The position numbers and the translations under genes were made by a program. The notes below the pieces were generated by a model. It ran no database searches. It saw only the letters and a program-made list of their open reading frames with translations, and had not been told where the DNA came from. From the NCBI GenBank assembly GCA_964434605.1, contig CAYSVM010000003.1, positions 1-49,655 of the forward strand: DNA of 49,655 bases, in the 5' to 3' direction. This document shows positions 8,756-18,777 of this stretch, one piece after another; within the stretch, counting starts at the first letter, position 1; each line of letters starts with the position of its first letter. This DNA comes from an uncultured Candidatus Saccharibacteria bacterium. GTDB taxonomy: Bacteria > Patescibacteriota > Kazan-3B-28.

Positions 8756-8980
8756 TTATTTGTGGCGATAAGTAATTCTTCCTTTTTCGATATCGTAGGG
8801 ACTCATTTCTACTTTTACCTTGTCTCCTGGAGCAATCTTGATATAGTGCATCCGCATTTTGCCGGAGATGTGGGCTAGGATGAGATGACCATTATCCAGC
8901 TCCACTTTGAAACTAGCATTAGGCAAAGCTTCTTTGATAACTCCATCCAATTCAATGACTTGTTTATCGAAGGTATTCAT
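8756..8980 (-). CDS. infA: translation initiation factor IF-1
   Basis: [55 protein letters not shown]... matches IF-1 from the ATG at 8980. The ORF-track start at 9007 adds 9 non-homologous residues. Confidence 0.9.
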   Translation of the reverse strand: MNTFDKQVIELDGVIKEALPNASFKVELDNGHLILAHISGKMRMHYIKIAPGDKVKVEMSPYDIEKGRITYRHK

Positions 8981-9087
8981 ATGAGATAAGCCCAAGCTCA
9001 TTTCCACAGCAGTTCTTGAAGGAAGACTTGTGGCCCGGATAACCAGTTGGTGCCTAGAAGTAAAAGGCTGAGAAAATTTACTTTGGT

Positions 9088-9116
9088 ATTATTGAGCTTT
9101 TTTTAGCCCTAGTCAA
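9088..9116 (-). promoter_or_regulatory. candidate internal sigma70-type promoter for infA and downstream genes
   Basis: Minus sense: TTGACT (9111-9116), 17 nt, AATAAT (9088-9093). It sits right after the map stop and ~100 nt upstream of the infA ATG. Confidence 0.35.
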
Positions 9117-9122
9117 GCATTT

Positions 9123-9875
9123 TTAGCCAAGAAGTTCGTCTAGAGGAGTTAGGACCTCCAGCCCTTGGGGAGTAAGGAGGATGGAGTGTTCAAAATGGGC
9201 GGCTACCGCCCCATCTGCTGTCTCAATAGTCCAGCCATCTAGAAGCTCTTCGGTCTCTTCTTTTCCCAGACCAGCAATGGGTTCTAGGGCTAGGGTCATA
9301 CCAGATTTCAGGGCCATTCCTTTGGAGCCAGTATCGAAGTTGGGGATCATGGGATCGAGATGGAGCTCCCGGCCTACTCCATGGCCTACTAGGGAGCGAA
9401 ATATAGTTAATCCTCGCCCACGTAGTATCTGTTCAATCGCTTTCGAGATATCTTGGACATGATTGCCTTCTCTAACCATATCTGTTCCCGCCAGGAGAGC
9501 GGTATGGGTACCAGAGAGTAATCGGCGAATTTCAGGAGCAATCTCTCCCACAGGGAGGGTAATGGCGGCATCGGTATGCCAGCCTCGGTAGTACATACCC
9601 ATATCTATAGCTAGAATATCCCCTTCTTTTAGGACATAATCTTTGGGAATACCGTGAACCACAGTCTGGTTTACTGAAAGGCACAAGGAAGATGGGTATC
9701 CCTTGTATCCCTTGAAGGAAGGCAGACCACCAGACTGGCTGAAGAGATTGTCTGCCAGTTTCTCCAAATCTAGTAGATTGACTCCTGGTCGCACCTGTTC
9801 TTTGAGCAATTTGAAAATATCTACCAGCTTTTGGCCTCCTGTTTTGAGATCTGAAATGTCTTCGGGGGTTAGCAT
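9123..9875 (-). CDS. map: type I methionine aminopeptidase
   Basis: 250 aa; VVHGIP, DMGMYYRGWHTDAA, HGVGRELH and EPI motifs of the M24A family. Confidence 0.93.
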   Translation of the reverse strand: MLTPEDISDLKTGGQKLVDIFKLLKEQVRPGVNLLDLEKLADNLFSQSGGLPSFKGYKGYPSSLCLSVNQTVVHGIPKDYVLKEGDILAIDMGMYYRGWHTDAAITLPVGEIAPEIRRLLSGTHTALLAGTDMVREGNHVQDISKAIEQILRGRGLTIFRSLVGHGVGRELHLDPMIPNFDTGSKGMALKSGMTLALEPIAGLGKEETEELLDGWTIETADGAVAAHFEHSILLTPQGLEVLTPLDELLG

Positions 9876-10447
9876 GAGCGAATGGCTTTGTTAATACTAT
9901 TTGCAACCTTAGCTGCAGTCTGGTTGCCGTCTATGGTAATTAGACGTTTTTCCTTGCGGTAACTTGCCAACAGTTTTTTAGACTGCTCACTAAATACTTG
10001 AATACGACGAGTGAGTGCCTTGGGGTCCAGATCGTCTATGCGGTGTTCAATCTTTGCTCGCTTTAGAAGACGATCACGAGCGATACTGATAGGGAGTTTA
10101 ATAAACACCATTACTGAATGACGATCACTTTTTTCCAAAAACTTTTCCAGAAATTTCATCTGGCGAAGATCTCGGGGGTAGCCATCAAAGACTATCTGGT
10201 TCTTTCCTGCTCGATGGATAAACTTCTTGGCCAATTCATTGGTAACATGTACAGGAGCAAGTCTTCCCTGGCTAGTTATTTCCTTCATCTTTTTTCCTTC
10301 AGCCGAAGGAGACTTAGCTACTTTACGAAGCAAAGCACCCATGTTTAGATGTTGGGCGCGAAGTTTCTTGACGAGTTGAATGGCCTGAGTGCTTTTCCCA
10401 GAACCAGGACCACCGTAGAGAATGATATCTGGTTTAGATGGTGTCAT
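9869..10447 (-). CDS. adk: adenylate kinase (short LID type)
   Basis: P-loop GGPGSGKSTQ and DGYPR motif. 192 aa with only a short LID segment (KIEHRIDDLDPKALTRRI). Confidence 0.9.
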   Translation of the reverse strand: MTPSKPDIILYGGPGSGKSTQAIQLVKKLRAQHLNMGALLRKVAKSPSAEGKKMKEITSQGRLAPVHVTNELAKKFIHRAGKNQIVFDGYPRDLRQMKFLEKFLEKSDRHSVMVFIKLPISIARDRLLKRAKIEHRIDDLDPKALTRRIQVFSEQSKKLLASYRKEKRLITIDGNQTAAKVANSINKAIRSC

Positions 10448-11717
10448 ATCGCTTCATGATTAGCTGGGCGCGAAGCTGACGCATCAATTCCAGCGCAACC
10501 GATACAACGATAAGCAGACCGGTTCCTCCCAAAGTCAGAGTTTGGATTTTAGTTAGTCCTTCGACAATATTAGGTAATACCGCGATAAGTCCAAGGAAGA
10601 TAGCACCGGCCAAAGTGATCCGATTACTAACGTAGGCAAGGAAATCGATTGTCTGATGACCTGGACGAATACCGGGAATAAATCCTCCAGACTTCTGAAT
10701 GTTTTCTGCCACCTGATCTGGCTTGAAGACTACCCAGGTGTAGAAATAAGTGAAGAATACAACGAGAACAAAATACAGGGCACCATAGACCCATTTGTCA
10801 TTAAAGGCAGACTGCAACCATTGGGCAGACTCTGCAATCCAAAGTGTTCTAGCATTAGCGAAGAATGAGGCAATAAGGCCTGGGAAAAGAAGGAGGGAGA
10901 TGGCGAAGATGATGGGAATAACACCAGCTTGATTTACTCGTAATGGAAGACGGTTGGTTTGACCACTGTAAAGACGGTTTCCACCACCACGTCCTGCATA
11001 AGCAATGGGAATGTTTCGTTGTCCTTCAGTGATGTAAACAACTAGGTATACAGTGGCAATAGCCAAAACAGCAAAGGCTAGAATTTCGATAAGCTTGCTG
11101 GCATCGAACAAGGCTACCGTACTGGTTAGACCTTGAGGAAGACTGGCTAGAATTCCTATGAAGATAATAATAGAGACTCCATTGCCTATACCGTGCTCAG
11201 AAATTAATTCACCTAGCCACATCAACAAAACTGTACCTGCGGTAACAATGAGGATAATGGCTAACATTTTTATCATCGTAATATCTCCCAATACTTTGAT
11301 ATCCGAACGCTGAAGCAGAGCAATCATCCCGTAAGCTTGGATCATTCCCAAAGGAATAGTCAGCCAACGAGTATATTGGTTGATTTTGCGACGACCATAT
11401 TCACCTTCTTTCTGCAATGCTTCCACACTTGGCAGAGCCATGCCCATTAGCTGCATGATAATTGAAGCATTGATAAAAGGAGCTACGCCCATCATGGCAA
11501 TAGAGAAGCGATTAAGCGAACCTCCAGAGAAGAGATCTATAAGTCCTAGATATTGGTTGCTTGCAAATACTTGAGACAAAGCATCTAAGTTTACTCCTGG
11601 CATTGGGGTATGAGTAACAACCCGAACTATTAGAACAATTAGAAGAGTCCAGAATATCCGCATACGCAAGTCGCGATGCTTGAAGACCTGTCTAATTGAT
11701 TCAAAAATATTTGCCAT
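10434..11717 (-). CDS. secY: preprotein translocase subunit SecY
   Basis: 427 aa, multi-TM, with GVAPFINASIIMQL and GGFIPGIRPG motifs. The start overlaps the rplO stop by 1 nt. Confidence 0.95.
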   Translation of the reverse strand: MANIFESIRQVFKHRDLRMRIFWTLLIVLIVRVVTHTPMPGVNLDALSQVFASNQYLGLIDLFSGGSLNRFSIAMMGVAPFINASIIMQLMGMALPSVEALQKEGEYGRRKINQYTRWLTIPLGMIQAYGMIALLQRSDIKVLGDITMIKMLAIILIVTAGTVLLMWLGELISEHGIGNGVSIIIFIGILASLPQGLTSTVALFDASKLIEILAFAVLAIATVYLVVYITEGQRNIPIAYAGRGGGNRLYSGQTNRLPLRVNQAGVIPIIFAISLLLFPGLIASFFANARTLWIAESAQWLQSAFNDKWVYGALYFVLVVFFTYFYTWVVFKPDQVAENIQKSGGFIPGIRPGHQTIDFLAYVSNRITLAGAIFLGLIAVLPNIVEGLTKIQTLTLGGTGLLIVVSVALELMRQLRAQLIMKRYDTI

Positions 11718-12166
11718 TATTTAATAATCTCTACACTACCCCCTTGCTCTTCAATTTTAGCGCGAGCAGTAGCGGAAATAAAATGAGCTTGTACCAAATA
11801 GACACCAGAAAGAGTTCCTTCACCTAAAATCTTTACCTTAGTATCTGGCATGATCTTACCTTCTTCTTGGAGCTGGCTTATCTTGAGTTGGTTTTCCTTC
11901 GCATACTTCGGTAGATCTTTTAGATTGATTCTTACTTCGCTAAATTTACGATGAGAACGAAATCCCCGGCGTTTGGTTAACCTTCTAATGAGTGGAGTTT
12001 GCCCTCCTTCGAAATACGCTGGAACTTGGCCGCCAGTTCTGGCTTTTTGTCCTTTATTACCACGACCTGCAGTGGATCCACCACCAGCAGATGAACCACG
12101 ACCGACACGCTTACGTGCAGGATTCTTGGTTACTCCGACAATTTCGTGCATAGCATCCATATTCAT
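11717..12166 (-). CDS. rplO: 50S ribosomal protein L15
   Basis: RVGRGSSAGGGSTAGRGNKGQKARTGG...FEGGQTPLIRRL motif. Confidence 0.95.
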   Translation of the reverse strand: MNMDAMHEIVGVTKNPARKRVGRGSSAGGGSTAGRGNKGQKARTGGQVPAYFEGGQTPLIRRLTKRRGFRSHRKFSEVRINLKDLPKYAKENQLKISQLQEEGKIMPDTKVKILGEGTLSGVYLVQAHFISATARAKIEEQGGSVEIIK

Positions 12167-12170
12167 ATTA

Positions 12171-12755
12171 TTACTTGGCTATTTCCTTAATTTCTTTTTC
12201 TACTTTTGGTTTGCCTATCTTACCTCTATTAGCAAGAATTTCCGCTGAAGGCTGAACGCTATCTAGAGCTTGAATAGTTGCCACAACATTACTTATCTTA
12301 TTTGAAGAGCCTAGAACCTTAGCCACCGCATCTTTGACACCAGCTAATTCCAAGACAATCCTTACAGCCCCACCAGCGATAAGACCGGTACCAGATTTGG
12401 CTGGTTTGATTAAAACTGTTGCACTCTTGTGGCTAGCTTGCACCCGATATGGCAGAGTGCCTTTGATCATATAGATATTCTTAAGATCCTTCTTAGCTTC
12501 ATTTACTGCTTTAGCAACTGCAGTCGTGACATCATTAGCCTTACCTAAACCATAAGCCACACGACTAATTTTGTCGCCCAATACCACTAGTGCTCGGAAT
12601 CTCATTCGTTTCCCGCCTTTTACTACGCGAGTAACACGATTTATTTCCAGAACTCTTTCTTGAAATTCGGATGGCGTAGTTTCTTTACGAGCAGAGCGAT
12701 GACGGTTCCGATCTCCCTTTCCACGTCCCTGATTGTGTTCTTGAGGTTTTTCCAT
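12171..12755 (-). CDS. rpsE: 30S ribosomal protein S5 (basic N-terminal extension)
   Basis: VLEINRVTRVVKGGKRMRFRALVVLGD core, preceded by ~30 basic residues. Confidence 0.95.
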   Translation of the reverse strand: MEKPQEHNQGRGKGDRNRHRSARKETTPSEFQERVLEINRVTRVVKGGKRMRFRALVVLGDKISRVAYGLGKANDVTTAVAKAVNEAKKDLKNIYMIKGTLPYRVQASHKSATVLIKPAKSGTGLIAGGAVRIVLELAGVKDAVAKVLGSSNKISNVVATIQALDSVQPSAEILANRGKIGKPKVEKEIKEIAK

Positions 12756-12760
12756 ATTAT

Positions 12761-13111
12761 TTAAAAACTTAATCCTCCTTCGCGAGCACCATCTGCCAAG
12801 GCTTTTACTTGCCCGTGGTATTTGTATCCGCGACGATCAAAAGCTACTTTAGTTACTTTCTTTTCCATCGCTACGGCCGCTACTGCTTGGCCAACTTTAG
12901 TCGCCCGCTCTAGGGGAGTCTTCCCTTTTACTTTCAGACTAGAGGCAGAGGCTAAAACTTTGCCTTCACTATCTACTATCTGAGCATAGATGTATTTGTT
13001 GCTTCGGTTAACTACCAGCCGAGGACGAGCAGCATGAACACCAACCTTAATTCTGGTCCGATTAGTACGGAGCTGGCGGCGGCGATTATTTTTTGCAGTT
13101 TCTTTAGACAT
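12761..13111 (-). CDS. rplR: 50S ribosomal protein L18
   Basis: [30 protein letters not shown] motif. Confidence 0.95.
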   Translation of the reverse strand: MSKETAKNNRRRQLRTNRTRIKVGVHAARPRLVVNRSNKYIYAQIVDSEGKVLASASSLKVKGKTPLERATKVGQAVAAVAMEKKVTKVAFDRRGYKYHGQVKALADGAREGGLSF

Positions 13112-13122
13112 ATCAGATATTT

Positions 13123-13680
13123 TTAACCGGCAGTTTTACCCGAGCCTGTCGCAGCAGTCTTACCAGCCTTGCGACGGATAACTTCATCGATATACTTAAT
13201 TCCTTTTCCTTTATACGGTTCGGGTTTCTTGCGGGAACGGATAACTGCAGCCATCTCCCCTACCCGTTGTTTGTCTATACCGCTAATTATTACTTGGTTT
13301 TTTTCTAATTTAATTTCCACTCCTTCAAGGACAGGAATTTCTACTGGATGAGAGAGACCAATGTGCAAAACAATTACATTGCCTTTGAGTTCTGCTCGGT
13401 ATCCAACTCCGTTTATTTCCAAAGTCTTAGTGAATCCATTCGTAACACCCTCTACCGCATTGTTTACCAAAGAACGAATAAGTCCATGTAGTGCCCGAGT
13501 CGGTTTTTCTTCGTTGGCTCTTTCCACATGGAGCTCATCTCCTTCTTGCTTGAGGGTAATGGAAGAAGGTAAGCTAACCACCAGCTCTCCTTTGGGGCCT
13601 TTCACTTTTATCTCACCATCAGCTACCGTAATGGTAACTTGGGCTGGGACTTTAATTGGTAGTTTACCTATTTTAGACAT
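13123..13680 (-). CDS. rplF: 50S ribosomal protein L6
   Basis: [19 protein letters not shown]...KGPKGEL typical L6. Confidence 0.95.
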   Translation of the reverse strand: MSKIGKLPIKVPAQVTITVADGEIKVKGPKGELVVSLPSSITLKQEGDELHVERANEEKPTRALHGLIRSLVNNAVEGVTNGFTKTLEINGVGYRAELKGNVIVLHIGLSHPVEIPVLEGVEIKLEKNQVIISGIDKQRVGEMAAVIRSRKKPEPYKGKGIKYIDEVIRRKAGKTAATGSGKTAG

Positions 13681-13685
13681 ATTTT

Positions 13686-14093
13686 TTACCAGATTTTGAA
13701 TAGAACTTCTCCTCCGAGACTCTTTTTACGAGCTTGATGGTCGGTCATTAGACCTTGGGAGGTGGATACAACAGAGATACCCACACCACCCAGAACTTTG
13801 CGCAACCGGCCTGTAGTACTGTAGATTCTTTGGCCTGGCTTACTTACTCGACGAATACCCTGAATAACTGGATCTCCGTTGGGAGCATATTTCATAGTCA
13901 TTGTTATTTGCTTGAATTTGGATTTCAATTCTTTCTCGACAACGTTTACATTCCGGAGATATCCTTCTGCTTCAAGGAGATTGGCAATGGCCAGGCGAAT
14001 GGTAGAGTATGGGATAGATACTGTTACCTTGCGCACAGCTACTGCATTGCGCAGAGTAGTAAGCATGTCTGAAATAGGATCGGTCATAGTCAT
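13686..14093 (-). CDS. rpsH: 30S ribosomal protein S8
   Basis: MTMTDPISDMLTTLRNA typical S8 N-terminus. Confidence 0.95.
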   Translation of the reverse strand: MTMTDPISDMLTTLRNAVAVRKVTVSIPYSTIRLAIANLLEAEGYLRNVNVVEKELKSKFKQITMTMKYAPNGDPVIQGIRRVSKPGQRIYSTTGRLRKVLGGVGISVVSTSQGLMTDHQARKKSLGGEVLFKIW

Positions 14094-14103
14094 ATGATAT
14101 TTG

Positions 14104-14289
14104 TTACCAACTAGCTTTTTTTATACCTGGTAGCTGTCCATTACGGCTAAGCTCCCTAAAACAAATGCGGCAGATTCCAAAATCTCGCATATATCCATGG
14201 GGACGACCGCAAATGGAACAGCGCCGATTTATCCGAGTGGAAAATTTGGGTTTTTTATTCGCTTTATTTACTAATGCTTTTCTTGCCAT
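14104..14289 (-). CDS. rpsN: 30S ribosomal protein S14 type Z (zinc-binding)
   Basis: 61 aa; [10 protein letters not shown]...CRICFRE Cys4 motif, ends KKASW. Confidence 0.95.
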   Translation of the reverse strand: MARKALVNKANKKPKFSTRINRRCSICGRPHGYMRDFGICRICFRELSRNGQLPGIKKASW

Positions 14290-14291
14290 AT

Positions 14292-14834
14292 TTATTTACC
14301 TTCTCCTTGTTGAAATGGAAAACCTAGGGCAGTCAGCAATGCTTTTGTGTGTGCCTTGCTTTTTCCTGTAGTTACAACGGTAATTTGCAAACTTAATATT
14401 TTCTCAACGTTTTCAAAAATTACTTCAGGGAAAGCAATATGTTCCCTAATTCCGAGATTGAATCCACCGTGGTTATCAAAGCCTTTGTCTGGAAGACCCT
14501 GGAAGTCTCTAACCCTTGGTAAAGTGATGTTTACTAGTTTATCAAGGAAATCATACATCCGCTTCCCCCGCAATGTGACCATTACGCCGATTTCAGCATT
14601 TTCACGTAGTTTGAAACCAGCAATGGATTTACGGGCGCGAGTTACAACCGGCTGTTGACCAGTGATCTTCTTGAGTTCTTCTCGAACTACTTCGATAAGT
14701 TTTGGTTCAAGTACTGCACGACCAGCAGAAACATGGACGACGACCTTCTGTACTTTTGGCACAGCAGAAACCGACTTGAGTCCAAGATCTTTTTGCAGCT
14801 GTGGCACTATTTTTTGATACTTACTTTTTAGCAT
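14292..14834 (-). CDS. rplE: 50S ribosomal protein L5
   Basis: 180 aa in the conserved position between rplX and rps[10 protein letters not shown] and [15 protein letters not shown]-like motifs. Confidence 0.95.
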   Translation of the reverse strand: MLKSKYQKIVPQLQKDLGLKSVSAVPKVQKVVVHVSAGRAVLEPKLIEVVREELKKITGQQPVVTRARKSIAGFKLRENAEIGVMVTLRGKRMYDFLDKLVNITLPRVRDFQGLPDKGFDNHGGFNLGIREHIAFPEVIFENVEKILSLQITVVTTGKSKAHTKALLTALGFPFQQGEGK

Positions 14835-15144
14835 AAGAGATAATTGCCTGACATTTTTTACAAATTCTTTCTTTCTTGTTACTTACTGTTTTGTGTCCTA
14901 CCCGTACTGGTTTATAGCAATTAGGACAGATCAACATAACTTTGGAGGCGGGAATGGGTTGGATCTTCTCGGTAATACCACCAGGCTGACCAGCACGAGA
15001 AGATTTGCGAAGGTGGCGTTTTACCACATTTAGTCCTTCCAGCTTAATCTGCTTAGTGGTAGGACTAGCCGCAACCACCGTTCCGGTTTTGCCACGGTCA
15101 CGTCCTTTGATTACCAATACATTGTCGCCTTTACGTAAATCCAT
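14821..15144 (-). CDS. rplX: 50S ribosomal protein L24 (with C-terminal CxxC...CxxC)
   Basis: KOW motif KGDNVLVIKGRDRGKTGTV. The C-terminal half carries CPNC and CKKC. Confidence 0.95.
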   Translation of the reverse strand: MDLRKGDNVLVIKGRDRGKTGTVVAASPTTKQIKLEGLNVVKRHLRKSSRAGQPGGITEKIQPIPASKVMLICPNCYKPVRVGHKTVSNKKERICKKCQAIISYAKK

Positions 15145-15512
15145 TAGAGTACCTCCGGAGCAAGAGAAATTATTTTCATAAAGTTTTTATCCCGTAATTC
15201 TCTGGCAACTGGACCGAAAACACGGGTACCACGGGGTTGTTTTTGAGCATCTACTATTACCACAGCGTTGTCATCGAAACGAACATAGCTTCCATCTGCA
15301 CGGCGGATAGCATGCTTCGTGCGGACGATAACGGCCTTCACTACATCCTTTTTCTTTACTACTCCGGTAGGAGCAGCTTCTTTTACTGCGCAGACGATAA
15401 TGTCACCCAGACCAGCATAGCGTCGACGGGAACCGCCAAGCACTTTGAAACAACGAACCAGTTTTGCACCGGTGTTGTCTGCTACCTTCAAATTGGTTCC
15501 TTCTTGAATCAT
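15144..15512 (-). CDS. rplN: 50S ribosomal protein L14
   Basis: [27 protein letters not shown] typical L14. Confidence 0.95.
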   Translation of the reverse strand: MIQEGTNLKVADNTGAKLVRCFKVLGGSRRRYAGLGDIIVCAVKEAAPTGVVKKKDVVKAVIVRTKHAIRRADGSYVRFDDNAVVIVDAQKQPRGTRVFGPVARELRDKNFMKIISLAPEVL

Positions 15513-15772
15513 ATGGTTATTGTAGTGTTTGGTTTGACTATAGAAATAACTTCCCAGTGTTTGGTTTTGCTGATTGGCCTGGTTTCACCGATCAACACAG
15601 TATCTCCGACCTGTACTTTGTTTTCGGTATCGTGAACAGCAAAACGCTTAGTCACTCGCATCCGTTTTTTGTAGAGCGGATGAGCAATGTGCGTATCTAC
15701 TTTTACAACGACAGTCTGTTGACCAGCCTTGGAAATAGCAATACCAATTTTTTGTTGTCTAATTTTCTCCAT
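15509..15772 (-). CDS. rpsQ: 30S ribosomal protein S17
   Basis: [44 protein letters not shown] matches S17 from the ATG at 15772. The ORF-track start at 15826 adds 18 non-homologous residues inside rpmC. Confidence 0.9.
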   Translation of the reverse strand: MEKIRQQKIGIAISKAGQQTVVVKVDTHIAHPLYKKRMRVTKRFAVHDTENKVQVGDTVLIGETRPISKTKHWEVISIVKPNTTITI

Positions 15773-15989
15773 GAGAGATTGCCTCCAAAATAATTTTTTC
15801 ATTGAGAACGGTTTCCATTTGAGCAATAAGATGGCGGAATTTACGCAGCTCCTGATGATTCTTCAGTTTGCCGATAGTCAGCTGATTACGCAAATCCTGC
15901 AATTTCATTCTGGCAGTAGCCAGTTCTTTTTTTAGTTTCGCTATATCCATTTTGCGATATTCAGAAATATTGGTAGTTTCTTTTGCCAT
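15759..15989 (-). CDS. rpmC: 50S ribosomal protein L29
   Basis: 76 aa; LKKELATARMKLQDLRNQL coiled-coil pattern, in the conserved position between rplP and rpsQ. Confidence 0.9.
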   Translation of the reverse strand: MAKETTNISEYRKMDIAKLKKELATARMKLQDLRNQLTIGKLKNHQELRKFRHLIAQMETVLNEKIILEAISHGEN

Positions 15990-15992
15990 GAT

Positions 15993-16397
15993 CTATTTAG
16001 TAACAAACTTGGTTTTTATCGGTAGCTTGTGTCCAGCCAGAGTAAGAGCACGACTAGCGATATTCATAGGGACACCGTCCATCTCGAATATCACCGTTCC
16101 TGGCTTTACGGTTGCAACGTAGTGGCTAACCGCTCCTTTTCCTCCACCCATACGAGTCTCGTTGGGAGTAGAAGTTACAGCTTGATGGGGAAATATTCTG
16201 ATCCATACTTTTCCTTCTCGTTTAATAAAATGAGTGATGGCTCGGCGAGCAGCTTCGATCTGGCGAGAAGTTACCCAGCTAGCTTCCATTGCTTTCAGCC
16301 CATATTTGCCGAAACTTACTACATTACCGCGAGTGGCGACTCCGCCACGCTTGCCTCTGTGCTGCTTACGAAATTTTACTTTTCTTGGAACTAACAT
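15993..16397 (-). CDS. rplP: 50S ribosomal protein L16
   Basis: [19 protein letters not shown] typical L16. Confidence 0.95.
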   Translation of the reverse strand: MLVPRKVKFRKQHRGKRGGVATRGNVVSFGKYGLKAMEASWVTSRQIEAARRAITHFIKREGKVWIRIFPHQAVTSTPNETRMGGGKGAVSHYVATVKPGTVIFEMDGVPMNIASRALTLAGHKLPIKTKFVTK

Positions 16398-16401
16398 GTG
16401 A

Positions 16402-17043
16402 TTATTTATTCTCCCTATTTTCTTCTGCCGGTGCAGGGAGAACCCACACCTTTACTCCGATAGTTCCGTAGGTGGTATATGCGGTACGGAAAGCGTAGTC
16501 GATAAAGTGTTTAATGGTGTGCAATGGCACTTTGCCGAAACCGAATACTTCTCGACGAGCAATTTCTGCACCATTCAATCTTCCTGCAATAACTACTCTA
16601 ATACCTTGTACTCGGGCTTGTTTTGCAGATTCTACTGCTTGTTTGATAGCTCTTCTGAAAGGAATACGTTTTTCTATCTGCTCGACAATGTTGGTGGCAA
16701 TAACTGCGGCCGAGCTGTCTGGATTTGGAATTTCCTGAATAGTAATATTGATACTTCCAGTTCCTGTAACTGGTTTGAGGAGTTTCTTCAGTTCTTCCAC
16801 ACCAGCACCACCGCGACCGATGATAACACCAGGACGAGAAGTCCAGATAATGAGATTGAGATTATTTCCTACCCGCTCAATTTCTAAATCGGTAGCAGCT
16901 TTCTTGAATTTAGAATTGGTAATTGTTCGGATTTTATAGTCTTCAAGCAGAAGCTTGGGATAGTTTTTACTATCCAGCCAACGGGACCGCCAGCTAGAAG
17001 TGGTTCCTAATCTAAATAGATGTGGATGAATCTTCTGTCCCAT
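16402..17043 (-). CDS. rpsC: 30S ribosomal protein S3
   Basis: [22 protein letters not shown] typical S3. Confidence 0.95.
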   Translation of the reverse strand: MGQKIHPHLFRLGTTSSWRSRWLDSKNYPKLLLEDYKIRTITNSKFKKAATDLEIERVGNNLNLIIWTSRPGVIIGRGGAGVEELKKLLKPVTGTGSINITIQEIPNPDSSAAVIATNIVEQIEKRIPFRRAIKQAVESAKQARVQGIRVVIAGRLNGAEIARREVFGFGKVPLHTIKHFIDYAFRTAYTTYGTIGVKVWVLPAPAEENRENK

Positions 17044-17048
17044 GAGCT

Positions 17049-17564
17049 TTATTTATTAGTAGTGCGACGGGTTATAACTTTTCTTAATCCTTGAGCAAAT
17101 TTAGGTTTTGGCGCTATTGCTTTTGATTGGACCGTAGTCTTCTCTTCTGTTGTTGAGTTAGATGATTCGACTGTAGTATCTTTCGATGTATTGGTAGCAG
17201 GTTTAGCTACTGTTTTCTTTACTAGGCTTGGCTTAATTTCTTCCAAAACAACTTTTAGATGGCTACTGCGTTTTAGCAACGGATCTGCTGAGCCATGTGA
17301 ACGGAACCAATACCGTTTCATTGTTGGGCCAGTATCTACAGTCAAAGTTTTTATTCTCAAGTTGTCTTCCTTCAGGTTGTAGTTATTAGTTGCATTAGCA
17401 GAAGCGGAATGGATTAGTTTGTAGATAAGCTTGGCTGATTTACTGGAGTGATATTTCAGCTGAAGCAAAGCATCTGTTACCGGTAGCTTACGCAAAGCAA
17501 CCACCATTGGTTGGACTTTTTTTGGACTAATCCGGATGAATTTTGATACAGCTGAAACTTCCAT
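17049..17564 (-). CDS. rplV: 50S ribosomal protein L22 (long C-terminal tail)
   Basis: L22 core (FIRISPKKVQPMVVALRKL...) followed by a ~55-aa T/S/K-rich tail. Confidence 0.93.
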   Translation of the reverse strand: MEVSAVSKFIRISPKKVQPMVVALRKLPVTDALLQLKYHSSKSAKLIYKLIHSASANATNNYNLKEDNLRIKTLTVDTGPTMKRYWFRSHGSADPLLKRSSHLKVVLEEIKPSLVKKTVAKPATNTSKDTTVESSNSTTEEKTTVQSKAIAPKPKFAQGLRKVITRRTTNK

Positions 17565-17566
17565 AT

Positions 17567-17923
17567 TTATTTCTTCTTACCACCTTTACTGGCTCGTTTA
17601 GCGGGAGCTTTGGCTGCGGCTGGAGCAGCAGAGGCAGTAGCAGTCTTAGCCTGTTCCTTTGCCATCTTACCGCCATGTCCTCTGAATTTACGAGTGAGAG
17701 AAAACTCTCCGAGCTTATGGCCGATCATGGATTCTTGAATATATACAGGAATGTGTTCTTTGCCGTTGTGAACACCAATGGTTAGACCGATCATTTCAGG
17801 AGTAATACTGGAACTACGAGACCATGTTTTGATAGTCGCTTTACTATTAGCATTCTTTGCTGCCAAAACTTTCTTCATTAGGCGCTCGTCGATGTACGGA
17901 CCTTTTTTGCTTGATCTAGGCAT
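17567..17923 (-). CDS. rpsS: 30S ribosomal protein S19 (Ala/Lys-rich C-terminal tail)
   Basis: [12 protein letters not shown]...[17 protein letters not shown] core plus the tail [26 protein letters not shown]. Confidence 0.95.
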   Translation of the reverse strand: MPRSSKKGPYIDERLMKKVLAAKNANSKATIKTWSRSSSITPEMIGLTIGVHNGKEHIPVYIQESMIGHKLGEFSLTRKFRGHGGKMAKEQAKTATASAAPAAAKAPAKRASKGGKKK

Positions 17924-17925
17924 AA

Positions 17926-18774
17926 TTATTTTTTGCGCTTTTTAGGACGCGGTTTAACTATAAATTTATTACTGAATTTTTTCGGATTGCGAGTCTTGTA
18001 CCCAAGAGCTGGCTTACCAGTACGAGTTTTTGGTTTTTTCAAACCAATGGAAACGTTTCCTTCACCACCACCATGAGGGTGATCTACTGGGTTTTTCGCT
18101 TTACCACGAGTGGTTGGACGATGGCCCATGTGGCGAGTACGCCCAGCTTTGGAAATTCTAACATTCATATGGTCGGGGTTGGAAAGTGTACCAATACTAG
18201 CAAATCCAATTTCTGGCACACGACGTACTTCACCTGATGGCATTTTTAGGAGTGCGAAACCACTATCGAATCCCATCAAGATAACTGACGAACCAGCAGA
18301 GCGGGCAATTTGTCCACCACGACCCGGAGTCATTTCAATGTTATGAACCACCGTACCTGCAGGAATATTTTTCAGCTGTAAACGATTACCGTTTTTTACT
18401 TTGGTATTAGGACCAAAGACTACTCGGTCTCCCACCTTCATACCTTCTGGTGCCAAAATGTATGACTGTGCACCGTCTATGAAAATAATGTGAGCAATGA
18501 ATGAAGTACGATTTGGATCATATTGGATACTTTTCACTGTGGCTGGAATTTCATGTTTTTGCTGTTTTAGATCCACCAAACGGAAGGAACGTTTTGCTCC
18601 GCCACCACGTCCGGTCATGGTCTTTACTCCGCGATTATTACGAACATCCGTCCGAGAGCGACCCTTGGTAAGACTCTTTACCGGAGTGGCGTTTTTGGTT
18701 AGCACATCCCTATACAGGACATACTGCATTTTACGCTGAGCGGATGAGACTGGTCTTAGAGTTCTTACGGCCAT
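17926..18774 (-). CDS. rplB: 50S ribosomal protein L2
   Basis: 282 aa; GRNNRG-like and HPHGGGEG motifs. Confidence 0.95.
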   Translation of the reverse strand: MAVRTLRPVSSAQRKMQYVLYRDVLTKNATPVKSLTKGRSRTDVRNNRGVKTMTGRGGGAKRSFRLVDLKQQKHEIPATVKSIQYDPNRTSFIAHIIFIDGAQSYILAPEGMKVGDRVVFGPNTKVKNGNRLQLKNIPAGTVVHNIEMTPGRGGQIARSAGSSVILMGFDSGFALLKMPSGEVRRVPEIGFASIGTLSNPDHMNVRISKAGRTRHMGHRPTTRGKAKNPVDHPHGGGEGNVSIGLKKPKTRTGKPALGYKTRNPKKFSNKFIVKPRPKKRKK

Positions 18775-18777
18775 ATT

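Noticed and set aside
9532-9906. 124-aa same-strand alternative-frame ORF inside map/adk
   Set aside because: It overlaps the conserved map reading frame. The Arg/Pro/Gln-rich product is typical of an off-frame translation.
12167-12170. Possibility of a hidden or unannotated L30 gene between rpsE and rplO
   Set aside because: The gap is only 4 nt. No alternative frame of adequate length exists there.
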